DNA from: Phoronis australis
Lineage: Eukaryota; Animalia; Phoronida
Reading direction: 5' to 3'
Assembly (NCBI GenBank): GCA_002633005.1
Contig: NMRA01000632.1
Coordinates: forward strand, 145,877 to 209,876
DNA length: 64,000 nt
Below, piece by piece: positions 1 through 13,000 of this stretch (within the stretch, counting starts at the first letter, position 1; the number at the start of each line of letters is the position of its first letter). The notes below the pieces were generated by a model. It searched no databases, was not told the DNA's origin, and saw only the letters and a program-made list of their open reading frames with translations. The position numbers were made by a program, and so were the translations under genes.

Positions 1-1707
1 GGAAACTGTATCTTGGGAGCATATGAAAACTACTATGAAATTGTCAACTGCTATAAATGCTATTTTTGATTTAAACCACTCACCGTTTTAATATTGTTCC
101 ATACTCAGATTAGATTTCTGGGTTTGGAAGAACATAACGTGTTTTGGCCGTGGTAGACCGGCCCTGAAATCATCTCCTCATTTTCGGGTCCGTCGAAATT
201 CCTGACTTAACCACATGCCTTTATTTGGCCGGTAACATGCTATTTCACGCTAATACACATTAGCTGATGGCGTCAAGTTAAGATAGGAGTTGCCTAACAA
301 ACAACACGTCTGTTTTCACTTTTTCCTTCTTCTGGTGGATTTTTTAGTTTCAAAATTAATAGAAGATTCGAAATCTTCATAAAATTTTGACCTCCGTGCG
401 TGCTCTCCTCGTAAATATCGGTGAAGTTTCAGCTGAGGTCACTTGGGTCAGATCAGCCGGAGTTGAAGTAATTTTAATATTACTACGCGGTAAAGCGGTT
501 TCGAATTTTATATTCCGTAAAAATTTAAATTACACTGATAATTTCAAAGTAAATACACAGAAATGAGCGTGGAATATCAGAAAACCTGAGTTAAAATTCC
601 TGAGAAAGTAACAAATTTCATGAATTTATGAATCCGCAACGGTCTGTTTTGCACAGTGCCACAGTATTCTAAGTAATCCGTTCTCGTGGGTGTCGTGTAT
701 TGCAAAGTTTCGTCATTTTTTGCCGTTTGAAAATGAGAGCAACGGGAGACCGTGTTCAACCACATAGTTACATTTTTTGTCGTAAAGCGAAAATCCCGAT
801 GAACCTAATTTCAAAACTTACGATTTTTGTCGGAGTCGTGGCGAAAATCCGGAAGGAAAGGCGTTGGACGAAAAATGACACTAAAATTGTCGGAAATTTA
901 CCAAAACTTTTTGCTTCAAAATTCCATCTATTTTCTACGAGAATTATCGTGAACTTTTTAAGACCACCATATTACCATCGATGCTGAAGAGGGGTTCGAC
1001 CGCGAGATAGTTATTTGGTGATTATACCATCCACAAACACGCGTGTGTTCAAGTTTTCATGTTCAGTTAAAAACGAATTGTTCAAAAGTATATTGGAGCG
1101 ACCGAACGTTATAAACGACAGGTACGTTGTAATGCTACTCGATTGTGCTTTTCCTGAACCTTTTAATTCTGTAGATATAGGTTTAACTAAACAGACTTGT
1201 CGAAAAAGTGCTGTACTGTATAAACGTAAAGTAGCGCGGTGTCATTGAATCGTAAATTTGGCCGCCGAAAAAAAGTTTTCAAATATGAATGTTGTGTTGA
1301 CGTTCAAGACATCTCACCATTCACTTTAAAGTAGTTCTATTGCCAGACCAGGCTAAATTGTCATGTTTGTTGCCCCGACAGCCGAGTGCCTAATGAACTA
1401 TTGAAATCGTTGATAAAAGCGTGTCAAGTTTATAGTCCCTGTAACCCCTGAGATTCTATCACGATCATTTCACGTTATGATCTGTCTGGTTGTCCGTGCC
1501 GGCAGAGATCTCATAGAGGGCATAAACGTGATTACCTGTCATTGCAGAAATCATTTCTAATCTGAAGAAGAAACACTTAGTGGTCACTTATATCAGACTA
1601 ATTATAAATGGTTGAAGTCGATGGTTATTTTCAGAGCCTCCTTGATAACACGCAGAATAATTTCGTAGTAACTGTCACAGCTGCCGATAATGCCGATAAT
1701 GCTGCTA

Positions 1708-1709
<2 letters not shown>

Positions 1710-1775
<66 letters not shown>
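1710..1775. repeat. (GCT)22 microsatellite
   Basis: Pure trinucleotide run preceded by degenerate TGCCGATAA units. Confidence 0.97.
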
Positions 1776-1776
<1 letters not shown>

Positions 1777-2104
1777 ACAATTGCTGATCCTCTTGCCTTT
1801 TCTGCTGCCGCTGGTGTGACCGCAGTAATTTCGATGATGTATGTTTAGACCAAATGACAGGAAAGTAACTTTGCCACACACGATATTTGCCCCTGGTACT
1901 GCCCTATTGGTTTTTTATCGTGTATTGACTGTGGTATTTATGAATGACTCTCGATCTTAGTTCATTATTTAGTTTCGTCCAGGTCTAAGTGCAGTTGTTT
2001 ATAAATCATGTTTTCTATATCAATTTGAAATTACTTGGATGTGTAATACTCATTCTATTGTGGTTCGCTGTTGCTATCCAGTCATGTAACACAGGAAGCA
2101 CGTT

Positions 2105-2174
2105 TTCGCCAATACATAACCAGTGCATCAAACAGTTCTTCGCCAATACATAACCAGTGCATCAAACAGTTCTT
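2105..2174. repeat. 34-bp perfect tandem duplication
   Basis: ttcgccaatacataaccagtgcatcaaacagttc x2. Confidence 0.9.
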
Positions 2175-4573
2175 GTTTCAGCGTTTCTCATTTGACTTAT
2201 CTCTTTATGTGCGCCAAGATACTTTGTTCGCCCATAAACACATTTTATTGCATTAGGAGGTTGATTTTGTGTTGAGGATTATTTCCTTATCAAACTGCAG
2301 ATAATTGAAATTGCCGTCTTTTAATTAATTTCATTAATGTACGTAAAAATAATAGATGACACTACTGCCCAGAAATCGATTCAGTGTTATATCTGGGCCA
2401 CAGGAACCATGGACTTACATTACCATGTAAGACCTTTACAGGAACAGCATATTGCTTCATTAAATTATTTAGGTCAAACAATACAAAACCTTATACATTA
2501 AGGTCTTCAGTTACTCATGCAAATTAGGTCAAGAATATCTTTGCATAGGTGACATTGATAACGAGTTACAATGTAGTATGACAATGTGTGAAACTGCTAT
2601 GGCCGGTGGGGAAAATTGAGAACTTTACTTAAACAAGCAATAAGTGATAGATATTATGAGGTTAAAAATCTTGAGAACCAATTGTTATTAATTTGTTTTA
2701 TCATAGAGAGCATCTACTCAGTGCAGAATAACGGAATGCGCAGGTGGCTATGGATAGTGAAGTTAAAATACTGACGCCCACAATGATGCCGCACTGTGGA
2801 GAAATATTCAGAAAGTCTGAAAGTTTTGTACGAGTTTAACGATAATCCTCTTCTGAATCTCTTCATGCAAATATCCTTGATACAACGTATTTGATCGAAG
2901 ATAGTCAGAGGAATCATGATATTATACCCCTGAAAGTGACGATGAAACAGAATTACTGGATTCGAACCCCAACCTTTTCAGACTTAGCTATAGGTCACGT
3001 GATGCGCCCAACCTATGGCGCCCGTGAAGACAATAATTTTTGTTTACAACGTTTGTTATGTGATTGGTTTTCTGCTCCCAACCTGCACCTATGCGGACAT
3101 AGGTGAAATTAAGAAAGGTCCTAACGTTACTGAACGGAGCGAAGGAAGCTCGTGTGCTTAAGTACTTTGCTTGTAATACATGGCGATATCTCGCGAAATC
3201 TTGCGGTATCTTGAGTTTTCGCTAGGTACTCGCGTCAACGGTACGCACACCAGGTCTCATGTTCTGCCGCCAGTGCTTAATTGTCAAACAGGTATATTGT
3301 TTACATTTGTTTAGAACTTTTAATGTGTAAATGACTGAATGCAGTCTCATCCGCAGTGACAGTTTAGATAGACCAGGTGAGATCCTCAACTTTCAGAGAT
3401 GGAACCAGTAACAGTAAATGCGTTCTTTACTGCAATCTTTAATGTCCAACCTTAGCAAATTCCAGCGCTATCTGCTGGGGGAGTGGCAAATTATATCACC
3501 ATAATCAAAATAGGGTCGTGCAAAGGATTTGGAAATCTATTGAAGGTGTGGCGAATAGGTAACATTCGACATTCGTCTCGATTGTTTTCCGAGAGCACGA
3601 AAGCGACTTTCGTTTAGCCCATAAATTCTGGTATGCAAGACGGGTCAAGGTGACAGTGAAACACACACAATTTTTTATTTACGGATATTTTGAGACGTAA
3701 GTCATTTTCATAGAAATCGTTTAATAACCCCGCAAAGGGCAATTTGACCACACAGGGTTTGTTTGTGAAACCTCACCGGAGAGCGCTCTCCAGCTAACTA
3801 TCGACTATTGACATATAGCGAAAGGCCTTATTTCATGATGTCGCCTCTATGCAACGATGGTTCGATTCAAGTTCATTGGGTTGATCAGCATCTGCATTCT
3901 CTGCAGACGAGCGCGACAGTGTGGTTCAAAGCAGAAATTCTCATCCAATACGTCCTAAATGTTTATGTACAGGTTTCAGATCGCAAATTGAGTATCCCTT
4001 TTTCAAACTGGAACACGAGAACGACTCTGTTCTCAAACTCGAAGTTCATGGCGTAACTTATGTGTCTAGTAATCCAGAATTGCACAAAGGCATGCGGGTT
4101 GTCTTTGACACTTGTTAAAATACAATAATATAATTGGCGTATATAAAAGTTTGTAACCGGTGTCTATATAGCTAGGCAAGTCATTGCCTTGTGATAGCAA
4201 AGATTATACACAACAGACTCCGATATCGACATTCCCAATGGAGACACCCGTCTCTTCCAATGTACAACTCAGCTTCCGGTTAGACTAATACCTATAGCAG
4301 AGACTGACTAGACGGCTCCGATCTGTCGTGTGTGTCATAACGTCAAGACAAAGTAACTTAGCAACGAACATTGGCCATCCTAACAGGGGAACAGGTTGCT
4401 CCCATCATCACAATAACTGTTTTTTTACGTTTAGCTCCATGTTGGTGTCCGCTAGTGTTGCAGTAAATGCGCAATACTGATGCGTACACCTATCAGGCAG
4501 TCTCCTCACGTGACGTTCCTGATATGGAAGGCACTACAGTCAAGAATTTATGTGTTTTCGGCTTGAATGAAAC

Positions 4574-4931
4574 CAGCCTCCCGTCCAGTAACGCTAGGAC
4601 CTCGCTAAAAAGCAAGACTTCGCGAGATTACGTGAGATATTGCCGTGTATTTTAAATAAGAACACGTGACTTTGGCTAGATTTTAACCAGGTCCTAGCAT
4701 AGGTCCTAACGTTACTGAACGCACGCCAGCTGTGCACTGGAGGCTGGAACGAGGGTAAGCTTCCGGTTAGGGAGCTGGCATGCGTTCAGTAGACGCTAGG
4801 ACCTACCCTAGGACCTAGCCAAAAGCTAGTCAAGGTCACGTGCTCTTATTTAAAATACACGGCAATATCTCGCGTAATCTCGCAAAGTCTTGCTTTTAAG
4901 CTAGGTCCTTGCGTTACTGAACGGGAGGCTG
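4574..4931. mobile_element. Two inverted copies of a ~150-bp MITE (family A) forming a fold-back
   Basis: Arms ~4574-4731 and ~4773-4931 are near reverse complements; each unit has its own TIR (cagtaacgctaggacct...aggtcctaacgttactg). Other copies at 20372-20514 and 51191-51340. Confidence 0.85.
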
Positions 4932-5889
4932 ATGGCATGCTCTTACGGAAGAAAAACATGCATTGCGCAAGGCGCAGCAAGTCAATGGTGACGTCGCGAC
5001 CGACAATAATGTAATGTAGTCAAGTGCCCAAACATTGAAAATGTTCAAGGTTAAACCTTGAATTTTCGTTCTGTATGTGGCAGGTGCTTCATTTTTCTGA
5101 TCTCTTTGGCAGAGACCGGGGGGAGTACTCCACTATTTTTGTGTGCCAATGGGAAGTTAGGATACCAACCGCTTTAATGACTTAGCACGATAAAGCCCAT
5201 CGTTTTAGAGAATAAAAGAAAGGAAGAAATTGAATCTAAGTTTCCTGAAAGACTAATCAGTCTGTAGAAGACTTAACAGTTCTTTGAAGTTAGTCCAATC
5301 AACATAGCAAATAAAATGTAAGTTTTAAACCATTCGGTGAAATTCTGTGTGACCAAGAGTAAATCTTTTAGTTGAGAATCAAACAGGAAAGGCACACTCT
5401 CACAGAGTAGTTCAGTGGCATGAAACCCACCCGTCTCTAAACGCCAACACGACAAACTTGTGTCATAAATACTCAGGCTGAATTCGTAGTTTTGTCTGGA
5501 ACATTACGGCGTTTCCCGTTGATCCCAACTTGTTCGATTATATAGCCCAACAACAAGTTGGGAAGATGACCCCTGGAGCCAATGTCTTACGCGAGTGATT
5601 AACTCAATTCTGGCATTTATGGTTAATGGAGGGCCAGCTCTCTACTGGGCTGTGCTGTTAAACATAAAAGTTAAGTTATAACATATTTGAACGTAAACCA
5701 ATAGTGTTTCTTAATTTCTCGTCAAATGCTGATCATGCTTAGTTTTTGAATCGCCAAAATCGCCCGATTACAACCGAAGTTACGACAATTTGATCTTTCC
5801 GAACGTACCGATTCGCTCTTGGTTTGATTGTGTTTACACGTGGTCTGTAATAAGCCTGGTAGATAATTGGTCTGCCTGTTGTCATACCA

Positions 5890-6032
5890 TATGGGCGGCG
5901 CAGCACTGAAAAAGTGGGGGGCTAAAGCCCTTCAGCCCCCCTGTGGTGCACCGCCTATATACCATGTGCGACCTAGCACTGAAAAAGAGGGGGGCTATAG
6001 CCTCCCCAGCCTCCTATGGTGCGCCGCCCATG
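5890..6032. mobile_element. Dimeric MITE (family B) with 5-bp TSD TACCA
   Basis: TIR atgggcggcgca...tgcgccgcccatg; TACCA at 5885-5889 and 6033-6037; second copy at 56102-56243. Confidence 0.85.
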
Positions 6033-7071
6033 TACCAGACAAAAGATTGTGCTTGGCAGTTAACAAAGGAACTAGATGTTATCACACGCTCACAACCCTC
6101 TACGTCTGGTAAAGTCACTCCGGGAGAACGTCGTAATGTGTATATTTACATGTGTACGTATCTACAAGTAACCAAGGCATTATCCCTCTGCATCTTCACG
6201 GTCATGGTTACCGTGAACTTGGCAAATTAGATCGTAAAAAGCCATTGACTTACAAGCGAAATATAATGCATTGTTCTGATAGCGCAACTACAGTACCTGG
6301 AGCCTGATTCATGAAAGGCGGAAATTTAGTCTTATGCTCTCGCTACTAGAAGTTATCTCTTTAACTAGCAGTTACATGTGTATAAGTACACACTCTGAGA
6401 CTTTGTACATTTCCTAAGGGATTTAATAACTTTCAGAAATAATTGTTTGGAGCGTGTGACCAAATTACGAACTTTTAAGTCCCAAGTCACTCTTCACGAA
6501 GCAGACTATGTTGTAAAATGTTTTGTCACCGGACGACAATATGTGTCGGCGTTCAAACTTAGTGCTGTAACATTGTGATGGCATTTATAGGGTCCCAAAT
6601 GTTTCTGTTTGTAAAATCAACCCTCCGGTAAACGACTGAGACAGGCATCAGGCGTATCTATCATTATTTTAAACTATTTCTCGGATATCTCCCCCGTCCC
6701 ACTTGCTACTACCTTGTTTTGGGCTCACTTACAATTTCCTGGGCCTCCCTCTGTGATCCGCCTGTGCACCAAATCCTTAGTACACTAGGCAGACTACCTT
6801 TCAACATAGTTGGGAGGCGATTACATCTGCCGGTGTTTACTGTACATGCACCCGACACATACTGTCGCCTGGGCGCTATATATTGTCGCATGTGGCATAT
6901 ATTGTCGTCCAGCTCAAAGTATGCGTCATCCATGACTAAAATGTTAAGTAAAAAAGCACATGAGTTGATTTTTTTCCAATTAGTGGTTTTAATCTGGCAA
7001 AAATACAAACGACACCGACTATAAAGTCATATATACTCCAGGTTTTACTGCATGAAAAATCTATACCATAG

Positions 7072-10000
7072 GTGGCGGAGGCATTGTCGTTTCTTCATAG
7101 TTGCGAGCAGACATTACACGGCAATGTCACTCCACAGTCAATACTTGTAACCAAGAGAGGAACGTGGAAACTGGCAGGTCTGGGGTTTTCACAGAAGGGA
7201 GACAGCTCAAAATCAAACGTAAATATGGCAGAATCTTAATTACGTAAAGTTCAGATCTGATACTTTATCGATGATCCAAGTTACAGTGGTTTTCAAAATA
7301 AACTGGACAGCGTTGACATTCGACAAAGTTTTGTCGCACAAAACCGCGACTAACTATCCACATCTTTTGTTGGAACCCGTATCAAATCTGTCTAAATCTC
7401 TGCAACATTTTAATAGATGTTGTTTCGTGCCCGTTGTCGAAATCACAACTCACTGCTTAAATAAGCACCCTAACGGCTAGAGGCAATGACATTACATTAA
7501 ATTCAACAAAAGCTGGACTACACTACCAAGAAGTTGTCCACATTTGGCCAGAGTCTGGCAGAGTTCTGCAGAAATCTGCGTGGTTTATTTTCAAAGTTAC
7601 TGTACTGGATTGATAAAGACATGTTCTTGATGTTTCACGGTGCTTTTATAGCAAGAGTGGGTAACCTTCGTAAGCGCTCAGTTTAATTGATTTATTCGTG
7701 TGGTTTTGTCATTGAGGCATCGTTGCGATTGCTTGAATTTACCTTTTTGCTTATATAGACGAAATGGGACTCGTGTGTATCCAATTGATGAAATTTACTG
7801 GCCATTCCTCGTTTTCACCTGCTGGTAACTTGAAAAATATGTTCCGTCTGCTATGATTTCCTAAAATCCATTGGGCACACGTCGTCTTTCTCTACCCGCA
7901 AAAAGGTCAATATAACAAAGTTAATGCTTTGAAATGTAAAAATGACATTGTTTGGCGTAGTTCCGTCCATTTGTATTGTTTTTAGCACCACTTCACTTAT
8001 CGATATTTCCCTCAATTGAAATGTAGCGTTTCACCAATGGTGGATTTTGAATGGACCAAAAGACCAGTATCACCCGCTTAAAATACTCCTAAATAAGTCG
8101 CCATTAGTAAGATTTAAACAAATAATAGTTTGGTGATCAAGGCGTTTTCTAGGCCACATGGCACATAAACATTTTTATCGCAAGACGACTTTACGTGTAT
8201 GTACAGGTCAGTAATCTTGGCTTGCCTAACTCCACTCCCGCCCCTTGTCAGGCTCTTTCAGGCAGTATACATGTACCCCTTCGTAGCATGCATCGATCAC
8301 GCACTATGACGACACCTTTTGTTCACGCAGGAATACTTCCATCGTGCGCCATGGAATGCCAAAATCTCCAAAATGGTGCAACCCCCATTGGACTATACGG
8401 CTCCTGAAATCCAAAGCAAGAAACAAATCAGTCTGGTCAGCGACATGTTCTCTCTGGGTATGGTGATCTGTGCTACATATAACGAAGGCAGGTCACTACT
8501 GGACTGTAACAACAACCTGCAGACATACTCAAAAAGGGTGGAACAAGTAAATACTGTTGCGTACTTGACGACAAGATTCTATCTTTTGTCACTATTTGGA
8601 AGACGTCGTCAATTGTGTCTCTGACAACGTCGCCACCGTCTACAAATACTTCATAACTGTCAACACCTTCGTCATCGTCGTCAAAACTAATCTTTGTTGT
8701 AATCATAATCATAATTGTCGTCATGGTGATGGTCGTGGTCATGGCCATTATTCATCGTCATTGTCTTTATCAGTATTGTCATTAGCAACAGGGCTATTGT
8801 CATCATCACCACCATCATATCATCATCATTATAATCATCGTCATCATCGTCATCATTATCAGCATCATCTTGTAGTCGTAGTCGTCAACATCATCCTTTA
8901 ATCATTATTATCAGTAACCTGGTCGTCAGCATCAATTTGAGCACAATCGTTCAGGTCTTCACCCACAGGAAACTTGAATCTTTTGTCCTGTGAATTCAAA
9001 AGAAAATTTTCTGTGCTGCAGTAACGTAACAGTAACCTTGTTATAGTTAAAAAACTTCTTGTGCATTACATTAAGAAAATATTTGTGCAGTCTTGTAGGC
9101 GCCAAATGCAAGCTGATGGAGGTGTCTTGTATTATTCCGTATCCTCCCTCACCTGATCGAGGGCAATAAAACTGCCACAATATGACATGTTGTGGTGAAA
9201 TATGTCTCCAACTATCTTGTAACTACTTGTACATAACCTTTACACGGCCAATTCCAACTATTTCCCTGATCACAGAAAACAAATCAATCATTTTATGTCA
9301 TTAAAATCAACTGCAATTTGTTCTCATTTCACTGCCTTATTCCAACAATAAGCAGCACGTCTAACGTCTGCACTGTATCACGTTTCAGATGAGTCAGTTG
9401 TTTGGTGCAATAGCAGGCAAAATACCACTTCCTTTAGTTGAACCTGTTGAAAAAATGATCAACCAAGATGTACGTTATAGACCTACAGCCCAATCATTCA
9501 CTCTAGTAAGTATACACGTGTCTCTTTGGAGATACACGAGCATTCACAACTGCTTTATGTTGCCTTTACACCCATGATAAAAAGAACACTTCATACTTAA
9601 AGTGGAATTTTGTTTCCACTTACTGCTGAAACGGGAAGTAAGAAAGAAAAAAAACAATCCCTTAAAAAGCTGAGAGATCACTTGAAAATGGTACATCGGC
9701 AAGTAACATTTCGATCTTGTTGGGGGAGTTTAGAACAAAAGGGAATACAGTTCTTACACATGCTAAGCGACAGCTAAGGTCAGGGTGCAGGGGCGGGTCC
9801 AGGGTTTTTAGTCGGTGGGGGGCAGGGCAGAGTACTACCCAGGCTTTTGACCATCAGACATTCGCACCCCGAACTGCCAAATGAAATCTGGAAGAATTTT
9901 TGGGGGGAGGGGGTGGGCGCATGGTCCCGTTAATTGGCCCCCTAAATCTGTCACTGGAGCGCGCAAGTATCTTGGACTACGATTCAAACTTTGACACTCT

Positions 10001-13000
10001 CGCATGCACGAATCGCGCGCATGCGCTAACCATTGCATCTAAGAGATGAATTGTACTGTACAACTGAACCTCTGTTTGTTTATAGCTCAAATACTTCCAA
10101 GATCCACTCGTTGGTTGCATTCACTACATTGGTGCCATGGAACAGAAGACGTTGGAAGACAAGAGAGAATTCTTTGCTTCAATTCTTGTAGACATCATTC
10201 CCCATATTCCCAGTGTAGGTCTTCAAATCTAAATTTATCTTGAATTAGAAGCTTTGCAAAATCAAATGGACAATTTGCACCTGACGTGGAGATGTTTACA
10301 ACAGGTCACTTGCACCTTGTATTAATTTCCTCTGACACAGGTATAGAATGACGAATTGTTGTCGCCAATAAATTGCTGGGAAATTCCGTTAGCTGTGAAG
10401 AAGGTAATTATCCACAATTAGACAAATACTGACAACATGGTCACGCATCTACACGCACAGGTTTTTGTGTGTCTAGCCACCCAGCCTGTCGGTTGATTAT
10501 TCGGTCTGCGTTTCGTAGAGCAAGCTTTTCGGGAATTTGACGAGGTCACGCAAGACCACAGAAAATCACACAAGTGAAATTTAACAGCGTTTCGTGAGCA
10601 AGCTCGGGACCTTACTGATGTAGACGAGGAAAACGGCAGCCTCTGGATCTATTGGTCGGCAAGTAATGATGATACAATTCTCTATTTCCGTTCCATCAGC
10701 GAAGTCTTCTCGTCCAAATTGCCTCGCGCGAGAGTGTCTTGCGTTTATAGAACGTGACTCCGTAACGCATTCCCATATGGCAATGGCTTATGCATAAGTT
10801 GCATTAAACGAGCCTGACGGAACGCGGCTTTCTGGACATTTTATCATCTGGTTTGAAAGCACGATTTCCCACACTCTATTACACATATGACGTTCATCAA
10901 TGAAAAGTATTGTATATCACTAAAAAAATACACGTTTGTTGTTTTAATTGGTGCCATAGCGTCATTGCAAAGCGAGTACAAAAATAAAAATTGTGGGTGT
11001 TTTGACGTCATGGTACAATGAGGACAAAAATAGAAATTGCCCGCTGATTTGTGTGCTGGTAGTCATTTCTTTGCCTGAATGAACATTTTAGAACCTTTCT
11101 CCCAATTCTGATGAAGAATTTCGCGCAAATGAGTTATGAAATAGGTAAATTCACCTATCAGGAGGGTTATTTACGTTTGTGCTGTTTTTATTTTAGAAAT
11201 AGGATACAATGAAAAACATCATTGTCCATCAGTTGAATTAGCATTATAGCTGGGCTTAAATTTGAAAATAGCTAACTTTAACTAGAATTAACAAGGTAGT
11301 TAATAGATAACACTTGGCAACAAAAATGATGAAATTTCACGTCAACCTTGAATTGCATCTTTCAGTTCTTTTTTTATAGAAAATATTGTTCAAACACATC
11401 GTGCCATGTTTACTGAAGGAGGTCGAGGACGACAATATGGTTGCTTTCGTGCTGCCCTCTATTATTTCGGTTATTGAGCACTCGACGCTGGAGCAATACA
11501 GGTTCCATGTACACGATGCATTTATCAAAATGTTGTCTACGTCTAAACCTGCTCAAGTGAGTACAATTTATCCAAGGCATGCCACGATTTTGAACTGTTC
11601 ATGTCCTCGTGCTACCGATTCCGATGACGTCACTGATATCCCATTATACAAAATGGTACCGTGACAATAGGTAATAAAATATTCTACAATTCGCTTTATT
11701 GAAAAATATTATTTGTTTAACTTCATGGAAGCTTACATTAAGGTTTTTAAACATTTTTAGCACTATCGATTTCATTTGAGTTCATTTGTCACCCCAGTTT
11801 AAGTACATGTAGCGTTGGTTACACATTTTTTCACAAACATTTAATTAACTGCTATTCAAATTAAGTCTAAAACGTTTGTGATTGTAGGTGAGTACAATCA
11901 TATTAGGCGAGCTGAACGTTATAACGACCAAACTACCCAACGACGAAGTGAGGAGAGTCATCCTGCCGCTCGTCTTAAATATGTTGGATTCTAACATTGC
12001 TCAGGAACAGGCAAGTGCCCCGCGGGAGATGTTATTCAGAGGATTTCATCTACGGCGCCGCTGTCGTTTTTCAAATGCATTATGGGGTCGTTCTCCATAG
12101 GCGGATTTAAGGGGGCCCAGGGGACCCGCCCCCCCCCATTGGCTGCCCAAAAAAGTAAAACAGAAAGAGCGTAGGGAAATGTTGAGTTTATTAATTAACC
12201 CCGGTAATTGAAATTATACGCCGGATGAAACAAGACTTAAATGTGTGCAGTTTTAGTGTGCCGTTTCCGTCGTCTGCTCCACGGTACAATGAAGAAAATT
12301 ACTTCATTTTTTAAAGAAAATGGAATCTGAGTGATGATGAAAAAACAGAAGCTGCTGGTAAGATGTCAATTTTAATCGAAGCCTTAGTGAATCACTCAGA
12401 AACTCATAATTCTCTCTTTGTCAAACCTTAACTTAAGACGATTTCCAAAGCAATAACGACATTTTTGCCAACACAAAAAACGGATTTGGTCTTTTTGGCA
12501 ATTGAAGACTATTTTAAACACAACAAATTTGTTACGAACTGATTGCAAAAAATATAAAACATGTAATAAGCATTACAAAAAGAAGGAGGTTTCGCGCGCA
12601 AACGCTGTGAACCATAAACAAGTAGGTCTCTTTGTAACAAATCGTGGTGGTGCAGTGGTAAAGCCTCCAGGTCGTGAGTTCGAGTCTGTGGTACTTGCAG
12701 CTTTTCTTGTGTGTCACTTTCGCCGTGTTTTTTTTTTGCCTTTTTTCTTGGATAATACTTCGGGAATCAAGGAAAATGCTTGATTTTTAGAGGAAAAACA
12801 GAAAAATTTCCTGGACGGGAGGGAGGTTTGCCCCCCTCCCGACCTCCCCCCATTAGGTGCTATGCACATCTACAATCGTTCTTGGAGCAAAATGTTGGGC
12901 CCCCCTTGTGATATCCTAGATTCGCCACTGTGAGATGTGTGCTTTTTCCAGTTTAGTTCATGGCCCTCTTGGCTTTTGAATCAAGCAAGTCCTTGTGACG

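Noticed and set aside
1-7071. Search for upstream SCYL2 kinase N-lobe exons
   Set aside because: No AG/GT-bounded segment with recognisable SCYL motifs found; probably upstream of the window, though a small exon could have been missed
8473-8901. His-rich and Thr/Met-rich ORFs
   Set aside because: Translation of an intronic (CAT)n low-complexity tract
11557-11898. Recent intron gain by tandem duplication as the cause of the 11-nt repeat
   Set aside because: Flanking exon sizes (177, 123 nt) match my recollection of vertebrate SCYL2, implying an old intron; needs verification
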